A stretch of 64,000 bases of DNA, from the NCBI GenBank assembly GCA_902493375.1, contig CABUPH010000011.1, positions 6,759 through 70,758 of the forward strand, in the 5' to 3' direction. The notes under the pieces were generated by a model. It saw only the letters and a list, made by a program, of their open reading frames with translations, had not been told where the DNA came from and did not search any database. Source of the DNA: an uncultured Collinsella sp. Its GTDB lineage: Bacteria; Actinomycetota; Coriobacteriia; Coriobacteriales; Coriobacteriaceae. The translations under genes and the position numbers were made by a program. Shown one piece after another: positions 8,294-19,011 of the stretch. How positions within the stretch are numbered: the stretch's first letter is position 1; the number at the start of each line of letters is the position of its first letter.

Positions 8294-10115
8294 GGCGCTC
8301 ACTCCCTTCCAAGGGTGATCCGCTGGGGACGGAGGAAAACGGATCATTCGCGCAGCCATCGTCACTGCCCTCGCCGGTGTCCGCGGTCCCCGCAAACTCC
8401 ATCTGCGAGGCGTAAATCTCCTGGTAGATGTTGTCGCCCGCCAGCAGTCCCTCGTGCGTGCCCACGCCGTGGACACGACCGTCGTCCAACACCACAATGC
8501 AATCGGCATCCATGACACTTGCGATGCGCTGGGCGATGATGAGCACGGTCGTATTGGGAATCCGAGCGATGTGCTCGCGAATCTTAGCGTCGGTCGCCAT
8601 GTCGACCGCGCTGGTGGAGTCATCAAAAATGAGCACGCGCGGATGCTTGAGCAGCGTGCGCGCGATGCACAGGCGTTGCTTCTGGCCGCCCGAAACACCG
8701 GCGCCGCCTTGGCCTAACTCGCCGTCCAGCCCGCCGATGCGATCCAGGAACTCGTCCACGCATGCCGCGCGGCAAGCCGCGAGGAGCTCATCGTCCGACG
8801 CCTGCGGATTGCCCCACTGCAAGTTCTCGCGCACGGTGCCCGTGAACAGCACATTCTTTTGCAGCACAATGCCCACGGCGTCACGTAGGGTCGCGAGGTC
8901 GTAGTCGCGCACGTCGTGTCCGCCCACAAGCACGGCGCCCTCGGTGGCGTCGTACAGGCGCGCAATCAGCTGCACAAGCGAGCTCTTGCCCGAGCCCGTG
9001 CCACCGAGGATGCCCACCGTCGAGCCGTTCTCGATGCGAAGGTCGATATGCTCGAGCACATCCTCGGCTGCATCCGCACGGTATTTAAAGGAAACGTCGC
9101 GAAACTCGATGCTGCCGTCCGCTGGCGCCGCAGTCGCGAGGTCTCCCGCAGGGTTGGTGATAAAGGGCTCCTCATCGAGCACCTCTGCGATACGGCCCAC
9201 ACTCGTGAGAGCGCGCGTGAGCAGCAAAAACACGTTGGAAATCATCATGAGCGAGTTCATGATCAGCAGCACATAGCTCATAAAGCCCGTGAGCGAGCCC
9301 ACGCCGAGCTCGCCGGCAAGAATCATGCGCCCGCCGATCCACAGAATGGAAAGCGCCGCCACGTACATCGACAGCTGAAACACCGGCAGGTTGAGCACGG
9401 CGTTGCCAAAGGTCTTCGTCGCGGTGCGCGCAAGCTCGGTATTGACGGCATCGAACTTGGCCTCCTCGTGCTCGGCACGCACGTACGCCTTGACGGCGCG
9501 CACGGCGGTGAGGTCCTCCTGCACCACACCGTTGAGATGGTCCATCGAGGTCTGCAGCTGGCGGTAGAGCGGACTGACGCGATAGGTGATAACGCCCAGC
9601 ACGATCGCCAGCACCGGCAGGATGATCGCGAAAACGGTGGCGAGCGGACGCGACAGCACCAGCGCATAGACCAAGCCGACGATGAGCGTCACGGGACCGC
9701 GCACCATGGGGCGAAAGCCATTGCCGATGGCATTTTGGATGACGGTGATATCGGTAGTCATGCGGGTGACGAGCGAGCTGGCGTCGTAGTTATCCAGATT
9801 GCCAAAAGCGAGCGTCTGGATCTTGCGGTACTCCGCCTCGCGCAAGTTAGCGCCCAGCCCCGAGGCGACGCGAGCAGACGTGCGTGCATAGCCCAAGCCA
9901 AGTACCAGCGAACATGCGGCGCATACCAACATATACGTGCCCTGCAACAGCATGTAGTTGATGTCGCCCGCGGGCACGCCCACATCGATGATATTTGCCA
10001 TGATGACCGGGATAAACAGCTCGAGCGCCGTCTCGGCCGTCACAAAGAGCACGCCGAGCATGGCATCGCGGCGGTATGCCCCCAGATAGGAAAACAAAAT
10101 CTTGAGATTGCGCAC
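8286..10115 (-). CDS. ABC exporter, fused permease/ATPase subunit (first half of the pair)
   Basis: It has a TMD plus an NBD: Walker A GGTGSGKSS, signature VSGGQKQR, Walker B VLIFDDSTS. There is an 8-nt overlap with the downstream partner. Confidence 0.9.
   Translation of the reverse strand: MRNLKILFSYLGAYRRDAMLGVLFVTAETALELFIPVIMANIIDVGVPAGDINYMLLQGTYMLVCAACSLVLGLGYARTSARVASGLGANLREAEYRKIQTLAFGNLDNYDASSLVTRMTTDITVIQNAIGNGFRPMVRGPVTLIVGLVYALVLSRPLATVFAIILPVLAIVLGVITYRVSPLYRQLQTSMDHLNGVVQEDLTAVRAVKAYVRAEHEEAKFDAVNTELARTATKTFGNAVLNLPVFQLSMYVAALSILWIGGRMILAGELGVGSLTGFMSYVLLIMNSLMMISNVFLLLTRALTSVGRIAEVLDEEPFITNPAGDLATAAPADGSIEFRDVSFKYRADAAEDVLEHIDLRIENGSTVGILGGTGSGKSSLVQLIARLYDATEGAVLVGGHDVRDYDLATLRDAVGIVLQKNVLFTGTVRENLQWGNPQASDDELLAACRAACVDEFLDRIGGLDGELGQGGAGVSGGQKQRLCIARTLLKHPRVLIFDDSTSAVDMATDAKIREHIARIPNTTVLIIAQRIASVMDADCIVVLDDGRVHGVGTHEGLLAGDNIYQEIYASQMEFAGTADTGEGSDDGCANDPFSSVPSGSPLEGSERHA
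8316..8346 (-). repeat. HP31 hairpin repeat, copy 1 (inside the 3' end of the ABC gene)
   Basis: The minus strand reads TGATCCGTTTTCCTCCGTCCCCAGCGGATCA, with a 7-bp stem TGATCCG/CGGATCA. It encodes part of the C-terminal tail ..NDPFSSVPSGSP.. of the upstream ABC subunit. Confidence 0.75.
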
Positions 10116-10303
10116 GCAGGTTCATCCCCCATCAAACGTTGTTCGCAAACCCACGTATTATGGCGCGCCGTGCGGCGGTGTCAAGTGCTCCGAAATCGAT
10201 TTCTGCAAGGCTAGTGCAGGCGCCATGCTCACAGGGCGCATGTCCGTATTCAATTGGAAATGAACGCGTGCGTGACTTTTTCGCCCCGCCGCCAACACAA
10301 ACC

Positions 10304-10334
10304 TTGACTCTACAATCGTTGTAGGGTTTTCACT
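10304..10334 (+). promoter_or_regulatory. Candidate MerR-type promoter/operator for the MATE gene
   Basis: TTGACT (10304-10309) is followed by a 19-nt spacer containing the palindrome CTACAA-TCG-TTGTAG, then TTCACT (10329-10334). The site lies 41 nt upstream of the MATE ATG. A 19-bp spacer with a central dyad is the MerR-family hallmark. Confidence 0.45.
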
Positions 10335-10374
10335 ACACTGGTACGTAAACAGACCAAGCCAGAAAGCCCCGCCC

Positions 10375-11721
10375 ATGGAACACGACCTCACACGCGGCAA
10401 TGTCCTTAAGACCATCGCGGTCTTTGCCCTGCCTTATATGCTCTCGTACTTTTTGCAGATGCTCTACGGCATGGCCGACCTGTACATGATGGGGCAGTTT
10501 AGCGGCGCCGCCGGCATCACCGCCGTGGGTAATGGCGCGCAGACGCTCTATATCATTACCGTGACGCTCGTGGGCCTGGCCATGGGAACGACGGTCATCG
10601 TCGGCCACGCCGTGGGCTCGCGCCGCTTCGACCGCGCCGAGACCGCCATCGGCAATACCATCACGCTGTTTATGGGCGTCTCGGTGGTGCTGGCCGCTGT
10701 CCTGCTCGCACTGTGCCCGCAAATCGTGGCGCTCATTGGCACGCCGCCCGAAGCGGTCGAAGGCACCGCCGCCTACCTGCGCATCTGTTTTGTCGGCATT
10801 CCGTTTATCGCCGCGTATAATATCCTCTCTGCCATCTTTCGTGGCCTGGGCGATTCGCGCTCGCCCATGTACGTGATCGGCGTGGCGTGCATCATTAATA
10901 TCGCGCTCGACTTTCTGTTTATCGGCCACATGGGGCTCGGCCCCGTGGGCGCGGCGCTCGGCACGGTAACCGCCCAGACGGCAAGCGTTGCCCTCGCGCT
11001 CGTGTGGCTCAAGAGCCGTCGCACGAACATCCACGTTAAGCGCAGCGACCTGCGCCCCCAGCCCGAAGTGCTCGGTAGCATCCTTAAGATCGGCGTGCCC
11101 GTGGCCGTGCAGGACGGCTGCATCCAGGTGGCGTTTATGTTTATCACCGTCATCGCCAACCATCGCGGCCTGGTCGACGCCGCCGCCGTGGGCCTGGTCG
11201 AGAAGATGATCAGCTTTTTGTTTATCGTGCCGAGTTCCATGGGCGCTACCGTCAGCGCACTCACGGCGCAAAACGCCGGCGCGGGCAAGGGCGACCGCGC
11301 GCGTCAGGTACTCAAGGACGCCATGACCATCTCGGTCGTGTACGGCTGCCTCATCACGGTGCTGATGTGGCTGGTGGCGCCGGCGTTTATCGGCTTTTTT
11401 GCCAAGGACGCCGCAGTGGTCGCGGCCGGCGCCGGCTATATGCGCAGCTATATTTTCGATGCGATCTTTGCCGGCATCCACATTTGCTTTAGCGGCTTTT
11501 TCGCTGCGTATGGCAAGAGCTACATCGGCTTTGCGCACAACGTGCTGGCCGTGGTGCTCATTCGCGTGCCCGGTGCATGGCTGCTGTCGAACGCCTATTC
11601 CGACACGCTGTTCCCCATGGGTATCGCCTCGCCGTGCGGATCGATTCTGTCGGCGGTCATCTGCGTGATTGCCTTTACCGTGCTCAACCGCCGCGGAACT
11701 TTTGACAAGTTGGTGGCGTAG
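10375..11721 (+). CDS. MATE family efflux transporter
   Basis: The N-terminus LTRGNVLKTIAVFALPYMLSYFLQMLYGMADLYMMGQF is typical of the family. The protein is 448 aa with about 12 helices. Confidence 0.9.
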   Translation: MEHDLTRGNVLKTIAVFALPYMLSYFLQMLYGMADLYMMGQFSGAAGITAVGNGAQTLYIITVTLVGLAMGTTVIVGHAVGSRRFDRAETAIGNTITLFMGVSVVLAAVLLALCPQIVALIGTPPEAVEGTAAYLRICFVGIPFIAAYNILSAIFRGLGDSRSPMYVIGVACIINIALDFLFIGHMGLGPVGAALGTVTAQTASVALALVWLKSRRTNIHVKRSDLRPQPEVLGSILKIGVPVAVQDGCIQVAFMFITVIANHRGLVDAAAVGLVEKMISFLFIVPSSMGATVSALTAQNAGAGKGDRARQVLKDAMTISVVYGCLITVLMWLVAPAFIGFFAKDAAVVAAGAGYMRSYIFDAIFAGIHICFSGFFAAYGKSYIGFAHNVLAVVLIRVPGAWLLSNAYSDTLFPMGIASPCGSILSAVICVIAFTVLNRRGTFDKLVA

Positions 11722-11776
11722 CGGGGCGACGCAGGCCTAGCGCCTCTCCCCTGTTTTTACCGAAAGGAGCGGTCCT

Positions 11777-12625
11777 GTGACCGACCTGCCAAGCGAACAC
11801 ACCGAGGGCCTGCTCCGCATTGGCGAGGTGGCGCGCCTGCTCAATTTGAGCGTGGGCACACTGCGTCATTACGAGCAGATGGGGCTGTTAGAGCCGGCAT
11901 ATGTCGATCCGGCGAGTGGGTACCGCTACTACGGATCGCGACAGCTCTCCACCCTCAACACCATCGGCAACCTGCGCGTTCTCGACCTGCCGCTGGCGCA
12001 AATTCGCGAGTTTGTCACTACGCGCGATATGGATTTGATGCAACGGCAACTGACCAAGCAACAGGAGTTAATTGAGCGCAAGCGGCGTGAGCTGGAGCGC
12101 ATGTCGCGCAAGATTGACCAGCGGCTTGCCTTGCTTCATGGCGCTTTGAATGCTGATCTCGACACCATTAGCGAAATCGAGGAACCTGAACTTCGCTGCG
12201 CCGCGCTGCACGAGCGCGTCAATCCCACCGACGCCTATTCGCTGGGATGGCATATCCGCCAGCTTCAGCAGGGGCAGCACGAAACCTTTGCCTATCTTGG
12301 CAATCTGGGTGTGGGCATCGCGCCCGAACGCCTGGCCGCCGGTGACTTTGATGGCTACGACGAGGTCTTTCTGCTGCTCGATGACACCGATGAGTACCTG
12401 GGTGATGTTGAGACGCGACCTGCCGCGCGCTGCCTGACCATAAGCTTCCGCGGCACGCACGGGCAAGCAGCCCCACGCTACGAGCAGCTGCTCGGCTACA
12501 TGCACGAACACAACCTGACGCCCGCCGGCCCCTCGCGCGAGATCGCCCTGATCGACGACATCATCAGCGATGATCCGGCAACCTACGTGACGCAGATCAC
12601 GGTGCCCGTTGCCCCAACAAAGTAA
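11777..12625 (+). CDS. MerR family transcriptional regulator with a GyrI-like effector-binding domain (BmrR-like architecture)
   Basis: It has the HTH LRIGEVARLLNLSVGTLRHYEQMGLL, a coiled-coil linker, and a C-terminal domain of about 150 aa. The GTG start has AGGAG 7 nt upstream. Confidence 0.85.
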   Translation: MTDLPSEHTEGLLRIGEVARLLNLSVGTLRHYEQMGLLEPAYVDPASGYRYYGSRQLSTLNTIGNLRVLDLPLAQIREFVTTRDMDLMQRQLTKQQELIERKRRELERMSRKIDQRLALLHGALNADLDTISEIEEPELRCAALHERVNPTDAYSLGWHIRQLQQGQHETFAYLGNLGVGIAPERLAAGDFDGYDEVFLLLDDTDEYLGDVETRPAARCLTISFRGTHGQAAPRYEQLLGYMHEHNLTPAGPSREIALIDDIISDDPATYVTQITVPVAPTK

Positions 12626-12662
12626 GAACCGCCCGGAAAGCGGTAAGCTCTCCGGGCGGTTC
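12626..12662. terminator. Hairpin between the convergent merR-like gene and ligA (possible bidirectional terminator)
   Basis: GAACCGCCCGGA-13 nt-TCCGGGCGGTTC forms a 12-bp perfect stem that starts right after the MerR stop. The T-tracts are poor. Confidence 0.5.
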
Positions 12663-12683
12663 TCCTATCTGGTTATCAATGCC

Positions 12684-14942
<2,259 letters not shown>

Positions 14943-15059
14943 CTACTAGAGTACCACCGGCCACGACGAGGCCGAATAACCCTTTCAAACCGCACCGAAT
15001 CGGCAGCCGCCAGACCGGAGTGGATCGCGCGATCAAACCATGCCCTTGCCATTTCTAAA

Positions 15060-15090
15060 TGATCCGTTTTCCTCCGCCTCCAACGGATCA
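15060..15090 (+). repeat. HP31 hairpin repeat, copy 2
   Basis: TGATCCGTTTTCCTCCGCCTCCAACGGATCA, located in the ligA-htrA intergenic region. Confidence 0.75.
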
Positions 15091-15136
15091 ACAAGAAAAG
15101 AGGGGGCTGTCCCGCGTTGGCGGGACAGCCCCCTCT
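15091..15136 (-). terminator. Rho-independent terminator of htrA
   Basis: AGAGGGGGCTGTCCCG-loop-CGGGACAGCCCCCTCT forms a 16-bp stem. On the minus strand it is followed by CTTTTCTTGTTG. Confidence 0.8.
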
Positions 15137-15162
15137 GGCATCGGTATGTGCGATACGGCTCG

Positions 15163-16626
15163 TTAGTAACCCTGGCCGTAGCCCCGACCCTGGCCCTGCT
15201 GGCCGAGCAGCTCCTCCAGGTACTGGCGCAGCTGCTCGTCGGTAATACCGCCGTTGCCGGTGTCGGTCGAACTGTCGTCCTGCTGCTGGTTCTGCAGCTC
15301 CTCGTCAGAGCCCAGCTCGACAGTGACTTTCTTCTCCTCCTTGCCGCGCATGAGCGTAATCTCGACCTTCTCGCCCACCTCGTGGCTGCGCAGCGCGATG
15401 ATCAGGCCATCGGCGCTCGTAATCTCGTCATCGCCCAGCTTGGTAATGACATCGCCCTCCTGGATACCGGCCTTAGCGGCGGGGCCGTCCTCGACGACGC
15501 TTGCCACATAGGCACCGCTATCGGTGCTCAGCTTGTTGGTACGGGCATTGAGCGCGTTGACGCTCGAAAGCGTGGCGCCCAGGTACGGGTGAACCGGCGT
15601 CTTACCGTCGATAATCTGGTCGGCAATGTTCTTGGCGTAGTTAACCGGAATGGCAAAGCCCACGCCCGAGCTGGAGCCCGAATAGCTCTCGATGAGCGAG
15701 TTGATACCCACGAGCTCGCCGTTGTCGTTAACGAGCGCGCCGCCGGAGTTGCCCGGGTTGATGGCGGCATCGGTCTGGATCATGTTGGCATAGATGGTGT
15801 TACCGTTGGTAGAGCTCATGGCCGTGGAGCGATACAGCGCCGACACGATGCCCGTGGATACAGATTGCTCGTTGCCGAACGGCGAGCCGATCGCCATGAC
15901 CCACTCGCCCACGTTGAGCTTGGAGGAGTCCCCGATCTCGATCGGGGTGAGCTTGGAGGCGTCGGCGTCCTTGAGCTTGATGACGGCAAGGTCGCTCGAG
16001 GCATCGTTGCCCACGAACTCGGCCTCGTAGGTGGTGCCGTCGTCCATGGTCACCACGTACTGATCGTAGCCATCGACCACGTGGTTGTTGGTGAGGATAT
16101 GGCCCTCGGTATCGAGCACAACGCCCGAACCAACGCTGCCCGAGTTGTCCGACTCGTCGGCAGACTGCGAAAGCGAGCCATTCTGGCTACCGCTCGAAGT
16201 GGCGGTAATGGAGACCACGGAGGGCAGCGCCTTGGCAGATACGGCCTCGGCCAGCGTGGTGTCCTCGGAGTCGATCGTGATCTTTTGCGTCGACGAACCC
16301 GAAGCACCCGCCGTCACGGCATTCTTGCCGCCACCGATATTGAGCGTACCGCTCATAATGAGTGCAATGACCAGCAGGGCGCCGCAGGCGCAGCCGGCGA
16401 GCGCCGTAATAAAGATCGGCAGCTTTTTGGTCTTGGTCTTGACCACCGTGTGTTTGTTCACAACCTGCTGGCCGCCCAGCGGCTGGCCGGTCTGCGTGTC
16501 GTAGGCCTGCACGTAGGGAATGTTGTTGCCGTCGGCAGGCGTCGACTCCACCTGCACGCGCGGCTGCTGCTGGGTCTCGCCGGCATTGCCCGCATCCTGG
16601 GGACGCTGGGAATCGTTCTCGCTCAT
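15163..16626 (-). CDS. htrA: Trypsin-like serine protease HtrA/DegP with a PDZ domain
   Basis: It has an N-terminal TM helix, the catalytic GNSGGALV and TNNHVV motifs, and a C-terminal PDZ domain. I prefer the start MSENDSQ at 16626, which has AAGGA upstream. The ORF extends to 16665. Confidence 0.9.
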   Translation of the reverse strand: MSENDSQRPQDAGNAGETQQQPRVQVESTPADGNNIPYVQAYDTQTGQPLGGQQVVNKHTVVKTKTKKLPIFITALAGCACGALLVIALIMSGTLNIGGGKNAVTAGASGSSTQKITIDSEDTTLAEAVSAKALPSVVSITATSSGSQNGSLSQSADESDNSGSVGSGVVLDTEGHILTNNHVVDGYDQYVVTMDDGTTYEAEFVGNDASSDLAVIKLKDADASKLTPIEIGDSSKLNVGEWVMAIGSPFGNEQSVSTGIVSALYRSTAMSSTNGNTIYANMIQTDAAINPGNSGGALVNDNGELVGINSLIESYSGSSSGVGFAIPVNYAKNIADQIIDGKTPVHPYLGATLSSVNALNARTNKLSTDSGAYVASVVEDGPAAKAGIQEGDVITKLGDDEITSADGLIIALRSHEVGEKVEITLMRGKEEKKVTVELGSDEELQNQQQDDSSTDTGNGGITDEQLRQYLEELLGQQGQGRGYGQGY

Positions 16627-16793
16627 AGCTGCGATCCTTTCGTCAAATAACCAAAGGCCCGCCAAACATGTGGCGGGCCATCATTGTTCACGTTGAGTTG
16701 TACCCCAATATGCGGGCGTACGTGTACGAGAACGCAATCTTTTAGGAAGGCTTAAGTTCTGTTGCAGATTCGAGAGGGACCCGCACCTGCGTC

Positions 16794-16830
16794 AAAACCA
16801 CCACAAAGGTGCCTGTCCCCTTTGTGGTGG
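16794..16830 (-). terminator. Rho-independent terminator (T33 hairpin, copy 3) behind the GlnR-like gene
   Basis: CCACCACAAAGG-TGCCTGTCC-CCTTTGTGGTGG at 16798-16830 has one loop change relative to copies 1 and 2. TTTTGACGC follows on the minus strand. Confidence 0.8.
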
Positions 16831-16834
16831 AAAT

Positions 16835-17497
16835 CTAGTCCTTAAATAGATAGCCCACGCCGCGAACGGTGGTGATGTGCGCCGCGATCTGCGGGCCCAC
16901 CTTGGAGCGGATGCGTCGGATGTGCACGTCGACGGTACGCGTACCGCCGCAGTACTCAAAGCCCCACACGCGGTGCAGCAGCACCTCGCGGCTGTAGGCA
17001 CGGTTGGGATGCGTGGCCAAAAAGCTCAGCAGCGAGTACTCCATCAGCGTCAGGTCGATGGGCTCGTTATCGAGTGTCACCTGGTAGGTGGCCAGGTTGA
17101 TCTCGAGGTTATCGATGTTGAGCACATCGTCGGCGGTGACGGTCTCCTCCTCGCCCATCAGGCGCTGCGCGCGAGCCTTGAGCTCGTTGGGCGTCGCCGT
17201 GGGGCACACAAAGTCGGCATGCGCGTGATTGGGCAGACGCAAGGTGCCGAGCGCCTCGTCGTCAACGATCACCAGCATGGGGACACCGCCGCGATCGTCA
17301 AGCCACTTGGCAATCTGATCGATGCGGTCGCTGCGGATGCCATCGGAATCGAGGATCAGCAGGTCGAAGTCGTGCGCCGCAGTCGGCGAATCGGGTGTGG
17401 CAAGGCTCACCTCGACACCCAGGGTGGTCGTCAAGCTGCGGGCAAACTCGTGGAAGCGCGTCGTGCGCGCCATGAACAGGGCACTCTTTTCGGACAT
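16835..17497 (-). CDS. OmpR/PhoB-family winged-helix regulator with an atypical receiver (GlnR-like orphan response regulator)
   Basis: The C-terminus (LTLMEYSLLSFLATHPNRAYSREVLLHRVWG..RTVDVHIRRIRSKV..TVRGVGY) is a canonical OmpR DNA-binding domain. The N-terminus lacks the acidic DD pair (MSEKSALFMARTTRF). No histidine kinase is adjacent, and the gene sits directly downstream of glnA. The start at 17497 has GGAGG upstream. Confidence 0.75.
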   Translation of the reverse strand: MSEKSALFMARTTRFHEFARSLTTTLGVEVSLATPDSPTAAHDFDLLILDSDGIRSDRIDQIAKWLDDRGGVPMLVIVDDEALGTLRLPNHAHADFVCPTATPNELKARAQRLMGEEETVTADDVLNIDNLEINLATYQVTLDNEPIDLTLMEYSLLSFLATHPNRAYSREVLLHRVWGFEYCGGTRTVDVHIRRIRSKVGPQIAAHITTVRGVGYLFKD

Positions 17498-17547
17498 ATC
17501 GGCCTCCAAAGAAATGAGCTCAATCGTACTGGAACAAGCCAGCGCGA

Positions 17548-18885
17548 TTAGGAGTTCGCCAGGTAGTGCTTGATCTCCCACTCGGTGATCGTAGACTCAA
17601 ACTTATGCCACTCGTCGCGCTTCTTTTTGAGGAAGAAGCTGTGGATGTGCTCGCCGAGGGCATCCTTCATAAACTGCGAGTCCTCAAACACGTCGAGCGC
17701 CTCTTTGAGCGAGCGCGGCAGCGGCGTGTAGCCGGCCTCGACCATCTGACGGTCGGTAAGCTTGAGCGTCTCGGCCGTGGCCTCGGGCGGGAGCTCCAGC
17801 TTGCGCTCGATACCGTCGAGACCAGCCGCCAGCGTGACGGCGTTGACCAGGTACGGGTTGGCCATGGGGTCGGGGCTGCGCAACTCGATACGCGTGGACA
17901 GCTGCTTGCCGGGCTTGTAGACCGGGATGCGGACCATACTCGCGCGGTTGCGCAGGCCCCACGTGGCGTACTGCGGCACGGAGTCGCCGCCCGTGGTGAT
18001 GCGCTTGTACGAGTTGACCGTGGGGTTGGTGATGGCGCTGATCTCGCGCGCGTGCGCCAAGATGCCGGCCATGTAGTGCTTGGCGATTTCGGAGAGGTGG
18101 TACTTCTCGTCGTCCTCGCCCCAAAAGACGTTGTTGCCGTCGTGGTCGAACAGCGACTGATGCAAAAACATGGCGCTGCCGTCCTCGCCCGCCAACGGCT
18201 TGGGCATAAAGGAAGCGTGGCAACCGCTCTCGTAGGCCTGCTGCTTAATGATGAGCTTGGCCGTGGTGACGGCGTCGGACATGCTCAGGGCCTCGGCGTG
18301 ACGCAGGCTCATGCCGTGCTGCGAGCGGCCGGCGGCGTGGAAGGTGTACTCCACGGGCACGGACATCTTCTCGAGCGTGAGGACCGTGTTGCGACGCAGG
18401 TCGCGGGCGGCATCGCTCACCGAAAGATCGAAGTAGCCCACGTTGTCAAGCGGCTCGGGGGTATGCTCGTCGGGGAAGTAGTAATACTCCAGCTCGGCGC
18501 CCACGTTGAGCAGATAGCCGGCCTTCTCGGCCTTGCGGAACATGCGACGCAGGGCATCGCGCGGGTCGCCGGCAAACGGCTTGCGATCGGGAGTGCACAC
18601 GTCGCAGAACACGCGGGCGACGCCATTGTGGCTCGGGCGCCACGGCAAAATCTGGAAGGTCGAAGCATCGGGAAACGCCAGCATGTCGGCTTCCTCGGGC
18701 GTGGCAAAACCCTCGATGGCGGAGCCGTCAAAGCCAATACCCTCCTCAAAAGCGACCTCGAGGTCCTCGGGGCTAATGGCAAAGTTCTTGAGGCGGCCGA
18801 GAATGTCGACAAACCACAGACGCACAAAGCGGATGTCACGCTGCTCTACGGAGCGGAGTACGTAATCGATGTTCTGCTGGTTCAT
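17548..18885 (-). CDS. glnA: Glutamine synthetase, type I
   Basis: 445 aa. The N-terminus is IRFVRLWFVDILGRLKNFAI..FDGSAIEGF, and conserved central and C-terminal GS blocks (NPTVNSYKR, MVRIP) are present. Confidence 0.95.
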   Translation of the reverse strand: MNQQNIDYVLRSVEQRDIRFVRLWFVDILGRLKNFAISPEDLEVAFEEGIGFDGSAIEGFATPEEADMLAFPDASTFQILPWRPSHNGVARVFCDVCTPDRKPFAGDPRDALRRMFRKAEKAGYLLNVGAELEYYYFPDEHTPEPLDNVGYFDLSVSDAARDLRRNTVLTLEKMSVPVEYTFHAAGRSQHGMSLRHAEALSMSDAVTTAKLIIKQQAYESGCHASFMPKPLAGEDGSAMFLHQSLFDHDGNNVFWGEDDEKYHLSEIAKHYMAGILAHAREISAITNPTVNSYKRITTGGDSVPQYATWGLRNRASMVRIPVYKPGKQLSTRIELRSPDPMANPYLVNAVTLAAGLDGIERKLELPPEATAETLKLTDRQMVEAGYTPLPRSLKEALDVFEDSQFMKDALGEHIHSFFLKKKRDEWHKFESTITEWEIKHYLANS

Positions 18886-18950
18886 GTCGCTCCCCTTTCT
18901 TTCGGGCGGGTTTCGACTGGTCTATATCGCAGATACTATCGCAGAAAAAT

Positions 18951-18966
18951 GTTTCCGCAGGGTTAA
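18951..18966 (-). promoter_or_regulatory. Candidate GlnR-box half operator upstream of glnA
   Basis: The minus strand reads TTAAC-CCTGCG-GAAAC, which resembles the actinobacterial GlnR motif gTnAc-n6-GaAAc. It lies 66-81 nt upstream of the glnA ATG. A second GAAAC is at 18911-18915. Confidence 0.3.
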
Positions 18967-19011
18967 AGCGTATCAAGCGCTCAAAAAACGTGCGCGAACA
19001 GGCCGTCTGAC

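Noticed and set aside
6395-8698. The full 767-aa ORF as the second ABC subunit.
   Set aside because: Its first ~135 codons overlap the upstream ABC gene in another frame and translate to Arg/Ser/Cys-rich nonsense. The start at 8293 gives a normal TMD-NBD protein, an SD and a classic ATG/TAA overlap.
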